The notes: a model not told the origin generated them from the letters alone. 64,000 nucleotides of DNA from Yuukianura sp. NJ FZ-2021 (GCA_046563655.1 CM102285.1:11966001-12030000), one strand, 5' to 3'. Numbered from the stretch's first letter, positions 1 through 12,885 are shown. Numbers and translations: made by a program.

Positions 1-496
1 GTACTTTTGTTGCTGCTTCAAATTATTGGTTGATTTGATTAGTTTTTATCGTCCCATACCGTTTACTAACCGTCTGTTGCTTATGCTTTCTGTATTTAGT
101 ACCTTTTGTGCCATCCTCAAAACCCATCTTCATCTGTCTGACCTCTGACACCACAATGCAACGATACATAGACGAATTGACGAATCATCAATGTTCCATT
201 CTATCTCTATGAGTCTCTGAATCGTCAAAATGTTCGCTCGACTGTATCATCCCTTGATTTTAAGGTATTTTCGGAGTAATCCGGTATACTAAGTCTCTGC
301 CGTTCTCGTATTTATTTACGCAGATACTGTTTCAGTTGCCTTGAATTCAAGTTTAATGAAGTGTAAGTGCTTAACCAAATGATGCATTATTGACTGTTGC
401 AGAGGAGCGTGTGCGCGTACGTGTAGATGTACTTGTCGATGCTTGACTACTGGTGAAAGACTAAGCTATCTTGACATACTTGTTCGTACAAGGCAA

Positions 497-1225
497 ATGA
501 GTTCTACAAATGGAAGCCAAAGCCCGGCGTCGCCGGTCAATACTTCGAAATCCGACGGTACACAAGCTCTGAAGGCTCCAGCCCACAATAGATCAGCTTG
601 CATATTTTGCCGTATCGTCGACGGGAATGAACCGCAATCGAAGGATAAAATTATATTTCAGGTCAGTGCAGAATTGAGAATACCTGTACTTTCAAGTTGT
701 TTTGACGATGCATTACTCACTGTTTTCTTTGTACTAGGATGAAGAATTTGTGGTTTTTCCTGACATTCGGCCAGCCGCTAAGCATCATCTCCTGGTTGTC
801 ACAAAAGAGCATATCCGGGATGCTAAATGTTTGACTTCGTCACACGGTGAATTAGTACAACGTATGGTGGATACCGGAAAGAAAGCGTTGAGTGAGCGAA
901 TCAAATCGGAATCATCGACAATGGCCCAAGAGGTGCAAGAAGAAACCGTGTCCAAAGCCCTACTTGGATTTCATTGGCCCCCGTTCCATACAATTTCTCA
1001 TCTTCACTTGCACGTCATCGCTCCAGCGAACGAAGTCGGATTCGTTGGAAGACTCATGTTTCGACCAAACAGCTTTTGGTTTGTCCAGGTAAATGAAACG
1101 AATGCAATTTCATTTTGAATGTTGTTTATTTCACAATTTGAACGTTTGTTTTCTATACTCAGCCATCTTGGGTCCAGGAACGTTTGAATCGTACTGCCAA
1201 AGTACAAGATTCTGCTTCTTCATAA
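497..1225 (+). CDS. HINT3: Histidine triad nucleotide-binding protein 3; 3 exons (497-661, 738-1088, 1163-1225)
   Basis: CIFC motif, DIRPAAKHHLLVV, and FHWPPF..ISHLHLHVIAP with the HxHxHxx triad. GT-AG introns join the exons in frame. The last exon reads PSWVQERLNRTAKVQDSASS-TAA. Confidence 0.9.
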
Positions 1226-1228
1226 TGC

Positions 1229-3212
1229 TTAATGCGCTTGAGATTCCCTCTGCGACTTCCAGTATCTTCCATTTGGGAACTCGTACATTTGGAGTGATTC
1301 TTCTTTCATCTGCGTGCTGTAACCCGGCTCCTACACAATCAAAACACAACTGTAAATTGTAAATGTGATGTGTGTGTAAATGTGAACTTGATTATTGGCC
1401 GAGGAATTGTAGTAAGCAAGCAGTGAAATAACAAAATGCGTCTAATACTCAACCAGTACTTTACCTTTGGTGCAATGTATCGAGCATTTCGAACTACTGG
1501 AGGAGCGGTGAAATGCTCATGCAGGTGATCCACCCACTCTATCATTCGTTTCTCAGAAAGGCCCGTTAGACTGATGTAGTCAAATATTTGCAAATGCTGC
1601 ACCATTTCACAAAGTCCGACACCGCCAGCATGAGGACACACCGGAACTTCAAATTTCTTCGCCATGAAGTAAACCGCCAGCACTTCATTCACTCCCCCCA
1701 ATCTGCAAGCATCAATTTGGCAGTATGAGATTGCATCTGCTTGTAGCAGTTGTTTAAACATCACACGGTTTTGGCACATTTCTCCAGTAGCTACGCCGAT
1801 CCCAAACGGTTTCAAGGCCTAAGAAGAAACCCATGTCACAGGTCAGCCTAAATTCTTGAACTGGTCACTTCAAATGTTAAGATTTTCATTTCAATAAACG
1901 TTTTTTTTATTTACTTTAGCTATCTTCTGATGTCCCAAGATGTCATCAGGAGAAGTGGGCTCTTCAATCCACATAGGCTTAAACTCTTTGAGCTTGGTCA
2001 TCCATGTTATGGATTCATCTACATCCCATATTTGATTCGCATCTAACATCTACAAGGCACGATTAGCACCATCAGCATCATTCAGCATTGATGTTTTCTT
2101 ACCAAGTTCCGTTCGTATCCAATCACATCTCGGACCAGTTGACAGCGATGCTTGTCATCGTTCAGATCAGTTCCAACTTTGACCTTGAAACTGTTGAAAC
2201 CTTGCTTGACGAAATCTTCAGACAGGGCTCTGACCTTTGCATCGCTGTACCCGATCCACCCTTGACATAATCAGGTTCCCAAGGTCAGACTAACTAATTG
2301 ATTAACGCAATTACTAATCGATTAACGCTTCACTTACCAACTTGAGTAGTATAGGCTTCATATCCTTTTGTTTTCATTTCCTCTTCTCGCTGAATCGCTG
2401 TTTCGCTGCCCTTCTCTTTCAGCATTTGCAGACACTCTTGCGGAGTGATAACATCCGTGCTTCAAATAATTTTTTAAACAGTTAATCAATTGTTGTTCCA
2501 AGTTTTAAGGATTGTTGACCTTTGACATTTCCTTACATATAACGAAAATCAATGGTGGAGATAAGTTTTTCTGGAGTCATGTCCACTAGGAGTTTCCATA
2601 GTGGTTTCTTTTCAAATCTTGCCCAGAGGTCCCACAGGGCATTGACAATCGCTGCAACAGCCAAATGCATGACGCCTTTCTCTGGACCAATCTGGAATTT
2701 GTCCATGTTAGTGTCAAATTTCCGAAAAAATTGACAATTTCAAAAATATTTTAGTTTACCCATCGCATCTGTGATTCGCTGGTCAACTTTCTCCAGAACG
2801 ATCCAAAATTGTTCCAGATTTGTTTCAGATCTTCGCCTACCACCAAAGGTGTCAAGCTCCTCAGCGCTTGCACAACTGAACCAAAAGAAACTTTTCTCAT
2901 TTTGTTTGAAAGTTTTTGGAAAGGTCAAAGGTCAACTTTACCGATTTCTGTTCCACGACCAAGCGTAAAAGCGAGACCATAGCCTTTCAGTCCCGGGTGA
3001 TCCACAATGTGGATGACGACATAGGCACAAGAGTAGTCTGGATCACTATGCACTAAAAATCAAAAGTTCAACTATAAATTATAAAATAGTTTCAATATTT
3101 CAAAAAATTTGTTATAGTAATCAATTAACTTACTTGCATCTGACCCATCGGCGGCAATTGATGTTGGGAATCGTATATCCCGAACTTCAATTCTCTCGAC
3201 CTTTAGTGACAT
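1229..3212 (-). CDS. ENOSF1: Enolase superfamily member 1 (L-fuconate dehydratase / rTS-beta), multi-exon
   Basis: N-terminus [23 protein letters not shown]; motifs [54 protein letters not shown]. The last exon is [22 protein letters not shown], ending at 1229. Confidence 0.93.
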
Positions 3213-3646
3213 TTCAAAAAACCTCGCTTTTCGCTTCCTTCGAACTTCGCCAGCAACAAACTGAAGCGGCTTGGTGTCTAGGTGTTTGTTTTATGTCAGA
3301 AGCTTATTGCTTGAGTAGATTTTAAGACTTTCCAAAGAAGGCTTGACAATGACAGCTTAAAAGTGTCGTGTAAGATGCCGTGGAGGTCAAATGTGGACGA
3401 AAGGTCATTTTGACATGGATAAAGTTATATCGCTAGCGCGCTTCTGATTTACTTAACTTTGTGGTTTGTTATCGCATGAATAGAAAGTTCTAACTAAAAT
3501 TTGTTATGTCTAGGTTTGAGCAATACAAGTGGAAAGTGGGATTGACATTTGGTATCTAACTTCTGGATATCAGCATTTTTAAGTGCAACTTAAACCAAGA
3601 ACCGTATTTTGGGACACACAAGTCATTCTGGACCAAACAAACGACC

Positions 3647-5406
3647 ATGAGAAAAGCAGTACAGAAATTAGTTGTTGGTGGTAACTTGTTGGATACCGGA
3701 AGTTCTGTAAGTTTCGTCAAAAACAGAAATTAATTTGGATTTATAATTAACACGTTTTTCGTTCAATTTTGGAAAATATTTTGTTTTGTAATATTTTTTA
3801 GCACAAAATTTTGAGAATACTTAATGAAAATGTGCTGGCTGGAACACAAAGCGCAAGGACGCTGTACGGAGGAAATGTCAAACCAAATGATCCGAATTGC
3901 AAAGCGGATTATGTGATTGACCTTCGCAGTGACACCGTGACACGTCCGAATGCTGAAATGAGACAATGGATTGCATATGCCGAAGTTGGGGATGATGTAT
4001 TTGAGGAAGATTTTACTGTTAAAAGTAATTCATTTTTCTAAAAAGTTTTACCGCGTGACCTTTGACATTATCATGGAACAAGAAATTTTAAATTGTGCGT
4101 TTTTTTTTTGTAGAGCTGGAACAGCGTGTCGCGGAACTCGTGGGAAAGGAAGCTGCTCTGTTTGTTCCAAGCGGAACGATGGGAAATCTTCTCGCTTGTA
4201 AGCAGTGCTTTTAATAATTTTGACGAAAATTTTGAAAAGTCAAAATTATGAAATGATTATGACTCTTTCCAGTGCTCGTCCTCTGTCCCACTCGTGGATC
4301 AGAAATTATTGTGGGAGACCAATCACATATTTTTAAATACGAGCAAGGCGGAATGGCACAAGTAAGTTAGGTTAGATTTTATTTCAAACGAAAGTTTTGG
4401 GAACAGTTTATGCATTCTCTTTTCTTTTTAATTTGAATTTGTAGTTTGGTGGAATTCAGGCCAATAAGATTGCCAACAACCCCGATGGAACTTTTTCAAT
4501 TGACGAGATCAAGAAGAATATCCGCGCTGATGATGACCATTGTCCAAAAACCGTCCTAATTTGCCTTGAAAATACGCACAACGTTTGTGGTGGACGCGTT
4601 GTACCGCAGAAATGGATTGATGAAGTTAGTTTTTAGAAACTAAGCATTTTAAAAAATTCATGTTTTTGAAAAAAACGTGTTTCGATATTTCAAAGTTTGT
4701 TTTTAGGTCACTGAACTCGCTCGTGAACACAAAATTCCAGTTCATATGGATGGAGCTAGACTTTTTAATGCTGCTGTAGCTTCCGGGCTTCCCGCTAGTC
4801 GAATCGTCAGAGACATCCCAACAGTCAACATTTGTTTAAGCAAAAGCTTAGGCACTCCGATGGGTTCAGTATTACTGGGGAACAAAGATTTCATTCGACA
4901 GTAAGACAATTTTTATACTTTAAAATTTCAATATTTTGAAGAATCATCCAAACAATTTCTGAAATTTCAGGAGTCGTCGACTGCGCAAGGCCTTGGGAGG
5001 TGGCATGCGTCAAATTGGCATGATGGCCGCTGCTGGACTTTATGCTCTGGAAAAGAATCTTCCTCGACTAGGAGAAGATCACAAAAATGCCAAGTTTGCT
5101 GCAAATGCAATCGCTTCTCTCAACAATCCACTGTTTACTGTCAATCCAGATGATGTCGAAAGTAACATGGTCGTGATTCGGTTGAAACCAGGAATGGCCA
5201 GTGCCAATGACATTTGCAGACGATTTGGACAAACACCGGAAAAGGAAGTTGCAGATCTTGGATCAGCCATTAGAGTAATTTCTCACTCTAGGACGAACGC
5301 ATCCATTCGACTTGTCTTTCACCATGACGCTTCTGGAGAACTCGTTCAAAAGGCAGTCCAAAAGCTGTGTTACGTAATGACCGAATTCCAGAATTCTTCA
5401 CAATGA
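3647..5406 (+). CDS. Low-specificity L-threonine aldolase, copy 1 (multi-exon)
   Basis: [45 protein letters not shown]-lysine motif [16 protein letters not shown]. In-frame GT-AG introns. Confidence 0.92.
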
Positions 5407-5962
5407 CACGATCTCATGTTTAAAATTTTTAAATTAAAATGTTTCAGTCTATATTTTCATTTTCTTTTCAATTGCTTCGTTTTCTATGCTAAACTCATCT
5501 CTACATTCATCTCTTGTTTTAGATTTTTAAAATCTAATCTCCGTTACTTTCTTTGCATTACTTCGAATATCTTTTTTGAATCTTCTCTTTCTCAGTCTCT
5601 CTAGAGGGATTTTAAAGAAACCAAAAAAATCTTCAAATTGAAAATAATCATTGTCGTTCCATTAGGAGAGAGGTCATTTGAAAGGTCACGGGTATAAAAC
5701 TTTCGACACTTGAGCTTTTGAATACACGTAACTTTTATAATCTTCATAGTGTATCATTACATAAGCTAAATTACATCACTGCATAAGGTCGTATTTACAT
5801 AAGTAACAAGAACATAACGAATACATAATGCAGATTTTGCCTTGGTTTTAGGCAATACAACTGGCATTGACGCGTCCTATCTGGAAATGGACGAACGCTT
5901 CTGGATAGCAGTTTTTAAGTGAAGGTTAAAAACGAAGAGATCGAGATCAATTCTTGAAGCAC

Positions 5963-8900
5963 ATGCCATTCTGGAGTAACGGAGGAGTCGCAAGGAGAGC
6001 AGCACATTACATCAGTCAAGTTCTTGGATATAAGTTTGTTCGATACTGCCCTGTGAGTTTTCTTAAGTTTCTGGAATACTATTACATAACTTGAATTTGT
6101 TTTCGAAATATAATAATTTGTTTTCACAATTTATTTTTTAGCACAAATTCTTCACAATGCCGGCTTCTGGTCTGGATGGAAACGCTGTGGTTGCAAAACC
6201 AACGGGAAAAACGGGTTACGGAGGAAATGTCAAACCAATCAATGATGCTGTCTCTAAAGTGGATTTTTTGATTGACCTTCGAAGTGACACCGTGACCAGA
6301 CCAAATGCTGAAATGCGACAATGGATTGCAAATGCTGAAGTTGGAGATGATGTATTTGAGGAAGATTTTACTGTTAAAGGTAAGCAGGTTTTGAAAATTT
6401 TCACAGTGACCTTTGCTATTTTCATAAAGAATGGCAATTTAAAATTTTGAATTCTGTGTTTTTGTAGAGCTGGAACGACGCGTCGCTGAACTCCTGGGAA
6501 AAGAAGCTGGACTTTTTGTCGCTTCTGGAACTATGGGAAATCTGATCGCTCGTAAGTCAAAATTTACAAAAAAAAATTGTTCAAAATGCTCGAAAATTTT
6601 ACAAAAACCTAAAAATGGTCTCCTTTTATTTTAGTGCTCGTACACTGTCCTGCTCGTGGATCAGAAATCCTTGTGGGCGATAAATCCCATATTTTCAAAT
6701 ACGAGCAAGGAGGAATGGCTCAGGTAGAGCAACAAAAAAAAACGAAATCACAAAATTTTTGCGAAACGGGTTATAATTCTATAGTTCCGACGAAGAATGG
6801 CGTACCTCAAAAGTCAACGACGACTTACGTCGCCACGGCGAAAAAGTAAACAAAATTTGTCGCGATCGGCACCAAAATTAACTAATTTTCAAAACTTTAA
6901 TCGGGTTTCACGAAACCGGAGGAACCAAAAACTGAACATCGGAAAATAATACTTGCTGTAGAACTATATGCTACACTAAGTAAGTGGTACTCATGGTAAA
7001 TTCTTTTGCTCTTGGATGAAGGTGCTGTACCAAGCAAAGTTTTCCCCGTCCAAAAAGGGCAGCATTTTCTCCAAATCATCAATTTTTCCTTCCGGCAACT
7101 TGATCATTTCTTGTGTAACTATTCGTGGGACTCGAGTTCTGAGAAAAGCAGCATCAATTCGCATTAGTTGAGTTTCCTCTGCTGAATTCGGGTCAAAGTC
7201 CCTCTTGCATTCTAAATAAGTCTCTTCGTCGACATCGTACTTGTATTGCAAGTGCTGAGTGACACGGAAGCTGGGCGGGAACTTAATTCCGTTTGAAGCA
7301 AGTTTGAAGTCGAAAATGTCGTTCTGTGTTAGCCTGATTGGAGTAAAAGGATTTTCATCACATGCGTCTCTTATGATCGTCTCAATGTCTTCCGGCAGCT
7401 TAGGAGCGGATTTGCGTAATTTCTTTTCGATCAATCCAAAACCTCGGTCACACTGGTTGTAACTGTGTCCTGTTACGAAAAACTTCTGCTCCACTGTTGT
7501 AAAGTATCCTAGCCTTGCTAATTTGATGAGAGCCGACAGTACAATCCGGTTGTTGTTTTGACCTTTACAAAATATCATCGATTTAGTACATTCTTGGACA
7601 GAAAACAGTTAAGCTAAGTTCTCACCTATACAACGATCCATCCAAAGGACGAGAGTCCTCTGCTCATTCGTGGGTTGGTAATGGGAAGTGATGTACTTCC
7701 AAATACCCGATGAAATTTCGTTCGACCCCGCTTCCCGTCATATTCTGTCCAAAGGTAATTCCACATACCAGCATCGCTGGCGCGCGAGATGGAGAAGTTA
7801 AAGTTAGACAGTTTTCTTAGGTAGAAACATGCCGAACTAGAAAGTTTCGGAGTGAACATGATCTGTTGCATATCACAGGTCAAGACAACGAATGAAGGAT
7901 CCGCCTTAGCAGCAACGGCGTCAGCTTTGTAGGCCTCCATTGCTGCTTCCCCTAATCAAACGAATCAAATGTTAAATTACATCAATGATGGATTTGGTCA
8001 AATAGCGATATTTCGCAAGTATGGCGACTTTTTCATCGAAATGTCGCTAAAAAGTCACTATCCAAAAAACAAGTCAGCTACACTATGGGATTATTGCCGG
8101 GTACTTAAAGTTGGTGAAATGGCGACATTTTGCATGATATGGCGACATTTTCATCGAAATGTCGCTAAAAAGTCACTATCAAAAAACAAGTCAATTACAC
8201 TAGGGGAGTATTGCTGGGTAATTAGAGTTGGTGAAATGGCGACATTTCGCAAGATATGGCGACATTTTTATCGAAATGTCGCCAAAAAGTCACTATCCAA
8301 AAAACAAGTCAATTACACTAGGGGATTCTTACAATGTACTCAGATTTGGTCTAATTGTGACATTTTGATACAGGAAGGTGTTGCCACTCCATAAACCTCG
8401 GCACAGAAAGAGACATACTTACATTGAGCGTGGTGAGAGTCCCTCTCGACTATTATGGCAGGTCTCTCCAAGGCTGTGCAGTCAGCTAATTTAGCCTTTA
8501 TGTTATCGCATTTGTCGCAGGTATCCGCTTTTGGTTGCGATAGCCGCAAGTGTTTGAACTCACGTTTGAAGATATCCCGGTACACCCACTCTGCACATTC
8601 TGGCAAATTCTGTTGTCTTTGACGCTCAAGAAACAATGCATACATTTCGGCAACTGTGAGCTCGGACTCCAAGTACATTGCGTTTGGGTTTTGGTTCCTA
8701 GTGTAGTGCGACTCAATGACTGGAAAAGCCGCAATGTGAGCTCTAACTTCCTGTCGTATTTGGGGGTCGAGTGTCGGATGATTGGCATGCTTGCCGCGTT
8801 GATCAGAAATAGCGATGTTCCCATCTTCCATCTTTTTGATTACACAGCGCAACCTCTTCTCCGTAATTTGAAAAATGTCTAAAAGTGTTGCTCGGCAGAC

Positions 8901-10059
8901 TTCTAAACGAGCTCCCATATCCAACACACTGTACTTGTACGTGTACTTCTGTTCAAAAAAATTTTTGCCGACAGTGAATGAAATTTGTTTACATTTTCGG
9001 TCTCCAAGGGAGAAAAAATTTCAAAATTCGAGTTACGCCCTTCTTCGTTGGGACTACTCAATTTTTAATTATTTTTTTCTCACAAATTTGTTTTGTAGTT
9101 TGGTGGAATCCAAGCCAATAAGATGCGGAACAATGCTGATGGAACTTTTTCAATTGACGAGATCAAGCAGAATATTCGTGAAGATGATGACCATTGTCCA
9201 AGAACTGCCCTCCTTTGCCTGGAAAATACACACAACGTCTGCGGGGGACGCGTTTTACCGCAAAGTTGGATTGATGAAGTTAGTTTTTCAAAGAATTAAG
9301 TATTTTTTAGAAATTGTATTTCAAGATTTTCTATTTTATTATTTTTTTTAGGTAACCGAGCTAGCTCGGGAACACAAGATTCCCGTTCATATGGACGGAG
9401 CAAGACTTTTTAATGCTGTTATAGCCACGGGTGTTCCAGCTAGTCGCATCGTCAGAGACATCCAATCAGTCAACATTTGCTTAAGCAAAGGCTTGGGAAC
9501 ACCAATGGGATCCGTTTTAGTTGGAAGCGAAGATTTCATTCGACAGTGAGACAGTTTTGAAACAAGCATTTTGCCTAATTTACGTTCAAAATTTCGTAGT
9601 TTCTAAACTAATTTCTGAAAGTTCAGGAGTCGTCGACTGCGCAAGGCCTTGGGAGGTGGAATGCGTCAAATTGGAATGATGGCGGCTGCTGGACTGTACG
9701 CTCTGGAAAAGAATCTTCCTCGACTAGGAGAAGATCATACAAATGCAAAGTTTGTGGCCCATGCCATCGCTGCCTTCAACAATCCATTGTTTACTGTCAA
9801 TCCAGATGATGTGCAGAGTAACATCTTTATGGTTCATATGAAATATCCAATTTCTGAGGCATTTTGTACAAGAATCCAACAAGTATCTGCCAAGGAAGTT
9901 GCGGATCTTGGTTCAGCCATTGGGATCCTCCTGTTTCCATGGACGGACTCATCTGTTCGACTTGTGCTTCACTGTGACGTTACTGGCGAACTTGTTCAAA
10001 AGGCAGTTCAAAAACTATGTTACGTAATGACCGAATTCAAGAATTCTGTCACAGAATGA
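5963..10059 (+). CDS. Low-specificity L-threonine aldolase, copy 2 (tandem duplicate); intron 6724-9098 is enlarged by a transposon
   Basis: Same motifs and intron positions as copy 1 (CLSKGLG). Upstream exon 5963-6052 splices in frame to 6142. A second in-frame ATG lies at 6157. Confidence 0.9.
6991..8948 (-). pseudogene. Spliced DDD transposase (exons ~8948-8423, 7951-7626, 7562-6991), with a 1-bp frameshift near 7726-7729 and no evident first exon
   Basis: Motifs DQRGKH, FPVIESHY, PKADTCDKCD, CDMQQIMFTPK, FYLRKL, WMDRC-IGQNNN (across an intron), VTGHSYNQCD. Restoring one G in CGGGG gives GKRGSNEISSGIW in frame. Confidence 0.75.
7993..8345. repeat. Three tandem ~117-bp units inside the transposase intron, each with an internal inverted repeat
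   Basis: The core ATGGCGACATTTTCATCGAAATGTCGCTAAAAAGTCACTATC..AAAAACAAGTCA.TACACTA recurs near 8020, 8140 and 8255. Confidence 0.85.
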
Positions 10060-10284
10060 TGAGATGGCGTAGTGTAATTCAAACTTTGGAAAAATATAAT
10101 TCTGACAACACCTAATAAACCGTGAAAAAATGTCACTAATTTCAAGCTAATTGAGCAAATTAATTACTGAAGTCAATGCATCGTTTAAGGCACATTACGC
10201 TTTTCTGTCTTTTTTTTTTTTGTAATTTATAAAATTTTGAATAACACTAAACAGAATTGACACGAATTGAGATTAGCAAGCTTC

Positions 10285-12620
10285 ATGCCACATGAAAATT
10301 TTTTAAATCTAACTTTGATAATGGTGTATCAAACATATGGACTGAATTATTTTAAATTTTAACTGGCGTTGAAGCTAAACTAAAAATTTCACTTTGTTAT
10401 GGTTTTCAAAAACTCTTTCTTAATTCAAAAATTCACAATTCGGGAATGGAATGCGACAGAGAGGTAAACTCTTCGCGCTTGAATCATAAAAATATGTAGT
10501 ATTTTTCAAAAAATAAAAAAAGGTACCCTAAAATTTTGACCAAATTTTGAAAAAAAAATTATGGACTGTAGGTCCATGAATTTTTTCGAAATTTCAGTTT
10601 TAGTTTTTAAATTTTTAATTTAAGTTTAGAAAATACTACATGTTTTTCTGAGTTATAAAGCGAAGACATAGCCTTTTTATCGCTTTCCATTCCGAAGTTA
10701 TGAATTTTTAAAGTTTTTATTTTTTGAAATTTTTGAAAAGATTTTTAACACTGAGAAGTTAAGGAGTCTGCTTGAAAACTGTCAGGAGCTATGCGGAGAT
10801 TAGGCGACTTAAAAAGGCTCCCCACCTTTTTCAACCTTATGCCGCCGCTGGACTTTTTTGGGAAAAAATCCAACAGAGGAACCTTCCTATTTGCCTTTTT
10901 GGGTCGTATAATCTCCGATCTAAATTTCTGCTCTCTCGAAGGCTTCCTATGGAAAACACTCTTCAAAAACTCTCAGAAATTCAAGCATAATTCCTAATTT
11001 GTTCCTATATTAAAAAATTCTAAAAATTTCAATTTTGCAGCGATTTCTGCGATTCCATCGCTCGATTCAAGTTGCAAAACGTCTTTTTGCATAATGTAGT
11101 GCAAAAATTTTGCTAAGAAACGCATCGTCAAAGTTTTGATGAAATCTGAAAAAAAATGATCCTTTGAAAATTGAAATTCAAAAATTCAAAAACTTTGAAA
11201 ATTCGTAACTTTTTAACGGAAAGAGATAGAGAATTAAGCTTTTCACACCTGAATTCAGAAAAATGTGTAGAATTTTAAAAAAATTCTAAAAAGCACCCTA
11301 AAGCTGTCAAAATTTTGATGCTGTGTTTTTTTTCTATACTTCTTGTTTTTTGTTTTTTAAAATTTTTGCATCAAATTGTTTAGGACGATGTCGGATGACT
11401 AGATCCGAGCGCTGGAGCCACAGAAATCGCTGCAAAGTTGAAATTTTTCGAAGTCAAAAACGACCGAAAAATGAGGGTGTTTGTGTGGGAGTGAAAAAGT
11501 TGAGTCGAAAAGTGATGACTTTTGAATGGATTAATCCCTCAACTTTTTCGTCCATTCAAACTTATTTCCATACAAAACATTTCAAAAATCAAAAAGTTTC
11601 AAAATTCATATCTCGGGAACGCAATGTATTATTTGCGAGATCTCTTCACTGCTGAATTCAGAACAACGTACAGTAGGTATTTTTTAACTTTTAAAAGAGT
11701 TTAAAAGCGAACAATAAGTTTCCGGCGAATTTCTGAATTTTTTTTTTCGAATTTTTTTTTAATTTTTAAAATTTTAAACTATTCTTTACATTTTTTAAAG
11801 TTGACTCGCGAAGAGATTAGCTTTTTATCGCTTTCCGTTCGCGAGATATGAATTTTTAAAGTTTTTGATTTTTCGAAATTTTCTGAGAGAGATTTAACAT
11901 GGGGAAGATGAGGAGTCAGTTTTGAAAGTGACCGGAGCTGCAAGGGGATCGTACGGCCCAGAAAGGCTCCCTGCCCACCTCAACTTTTGTTTTATTTTCC
12001 CGCACTCGCTTCTCTCGTAGGCAAAGGAGGGAGAGGAGCCTTCTTGTGCTGTGTAATATCCTGTCACTTCTTCCACGCAATCAGCGGCGTCTTCCCTTGT
12101 CTTATGGGAATCAAATACTCCAAAAATTCGCAATTTATTCCTTGCATCTCTCCCTTCATAATTATTTCCTAAATTCGCAAATTGCTGCCCGAGAGAGGCG
12201 CAGCGAGTGCTTCGTTTCAACGCAAATCAAACCAAATCGTTTCGTCATGTGTAAATTTTTGAAAATTTTGAAAATCACTTTCACAAAATGGTGTATCAGT
12301 GAAAGAACGTTGGCGAAAGCCCTATTTTATTGTTCTAAATTCTTTGTTATTCATATAAAACAAATTTCTTGCAATTTCTGCGGCTCCATCGGAAAGTTAA
12401 AGTTGCAAAACACCGATTCACATACCTCAATGCAAAAATTTTGCGAAAACAACCCCTCAAAAAGTAAAAGAATTGTTTTAAATTTTGAAAAAATCTGTTA
12501 ATAATTTTGACGCCACATGAAAAATTAATTATTTTGGAATAGATCAAAATGTGAAAAGTAACTAGACTGTCTTATTTAAAATTTCAACTGGCGTTTAGAC
12601 AAATCAAAAAATTTAAACTT
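10285..12620. repeat. Degenerate non-coding composite repeat region with direct and inverted modules (probable non-autonomous TE remnants)
   Basis: TTTTTATCGCTTTCC..GAAGTTATGAATTTTTAAAGTTTTT near 10675 and 11822, with inverted copies near 10425, 11190 and 11590. TGCAGCGATTTCTG module near 11035, inverted near 11420 and direct near 12368. GCCACATGAAAA..AACTGGCGTT near 10287 and 12512. Confidence 0.65.
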
Positions 12621-12699
12621 TTCCAACTCTTTTCTATTTTTTTTTCTTAGAAAGTTGTAAAAATTTGATTTTTTTTCTCGTTTTTTCTAAAGGTTTCGC

Positions 12700-12885
12700 C
12701 ACCGCCACCTCATCTTCCATTTTCAGCCTCATTTAATTCTAATTCCTCGTCTGGAATAACCTGCACTAGAATTTCCAGCCACGTTCTTCCGAAAAAAGAA
12801 GAAAAATAAATTTCAAATGAGCATTGAATGTTTAATGACCAAAGCATTAACTTACTTCTAGAATTCTACTGTACCCGGGTAGAAC
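12700..12885 (-). repeat. Dispersed ~185-bp repeat; second copy at ~35165-35345 in opposite orientation
   Basis: The reverse complement shares CATTAAACATTCAATGCTCATTT, GGAAGAACGTG..TGGAAATTCTAGTG and TAGAATTAAATGAGGCTGAAA with 35165-35345. Confidence 0.8.

Larger units (their letters stand above)
6779..9059 (-). mobile_element. Sola-like (probably Sola1) DNA transposon, ~2.28 kb, in an intron of threonine aldolase 2
   Basis: Imperfect TIRs: TAGTTCCGACGAAGAATGGCGTACCTC vs the reverse complement of the right end TAGTCCCAACGAAGAAGGGCGTAACTC (23/27 identical). AATT flanks both ends in register (6775-6778 and 9060-9063). Encodes DDD-type transposase fragments. Confidence 0.75.

Noticed and set aside
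1..440. Possible exon of a neighbouring minus-strand gene
   Set aside because: Only short frames with no recognisable product; it cannot be supported within this window.
7969..8394. 141-aa plus-strand ORF with repeated peptide
   Set aside because: It is the translation of the 117-bp intronic tandem repeat.
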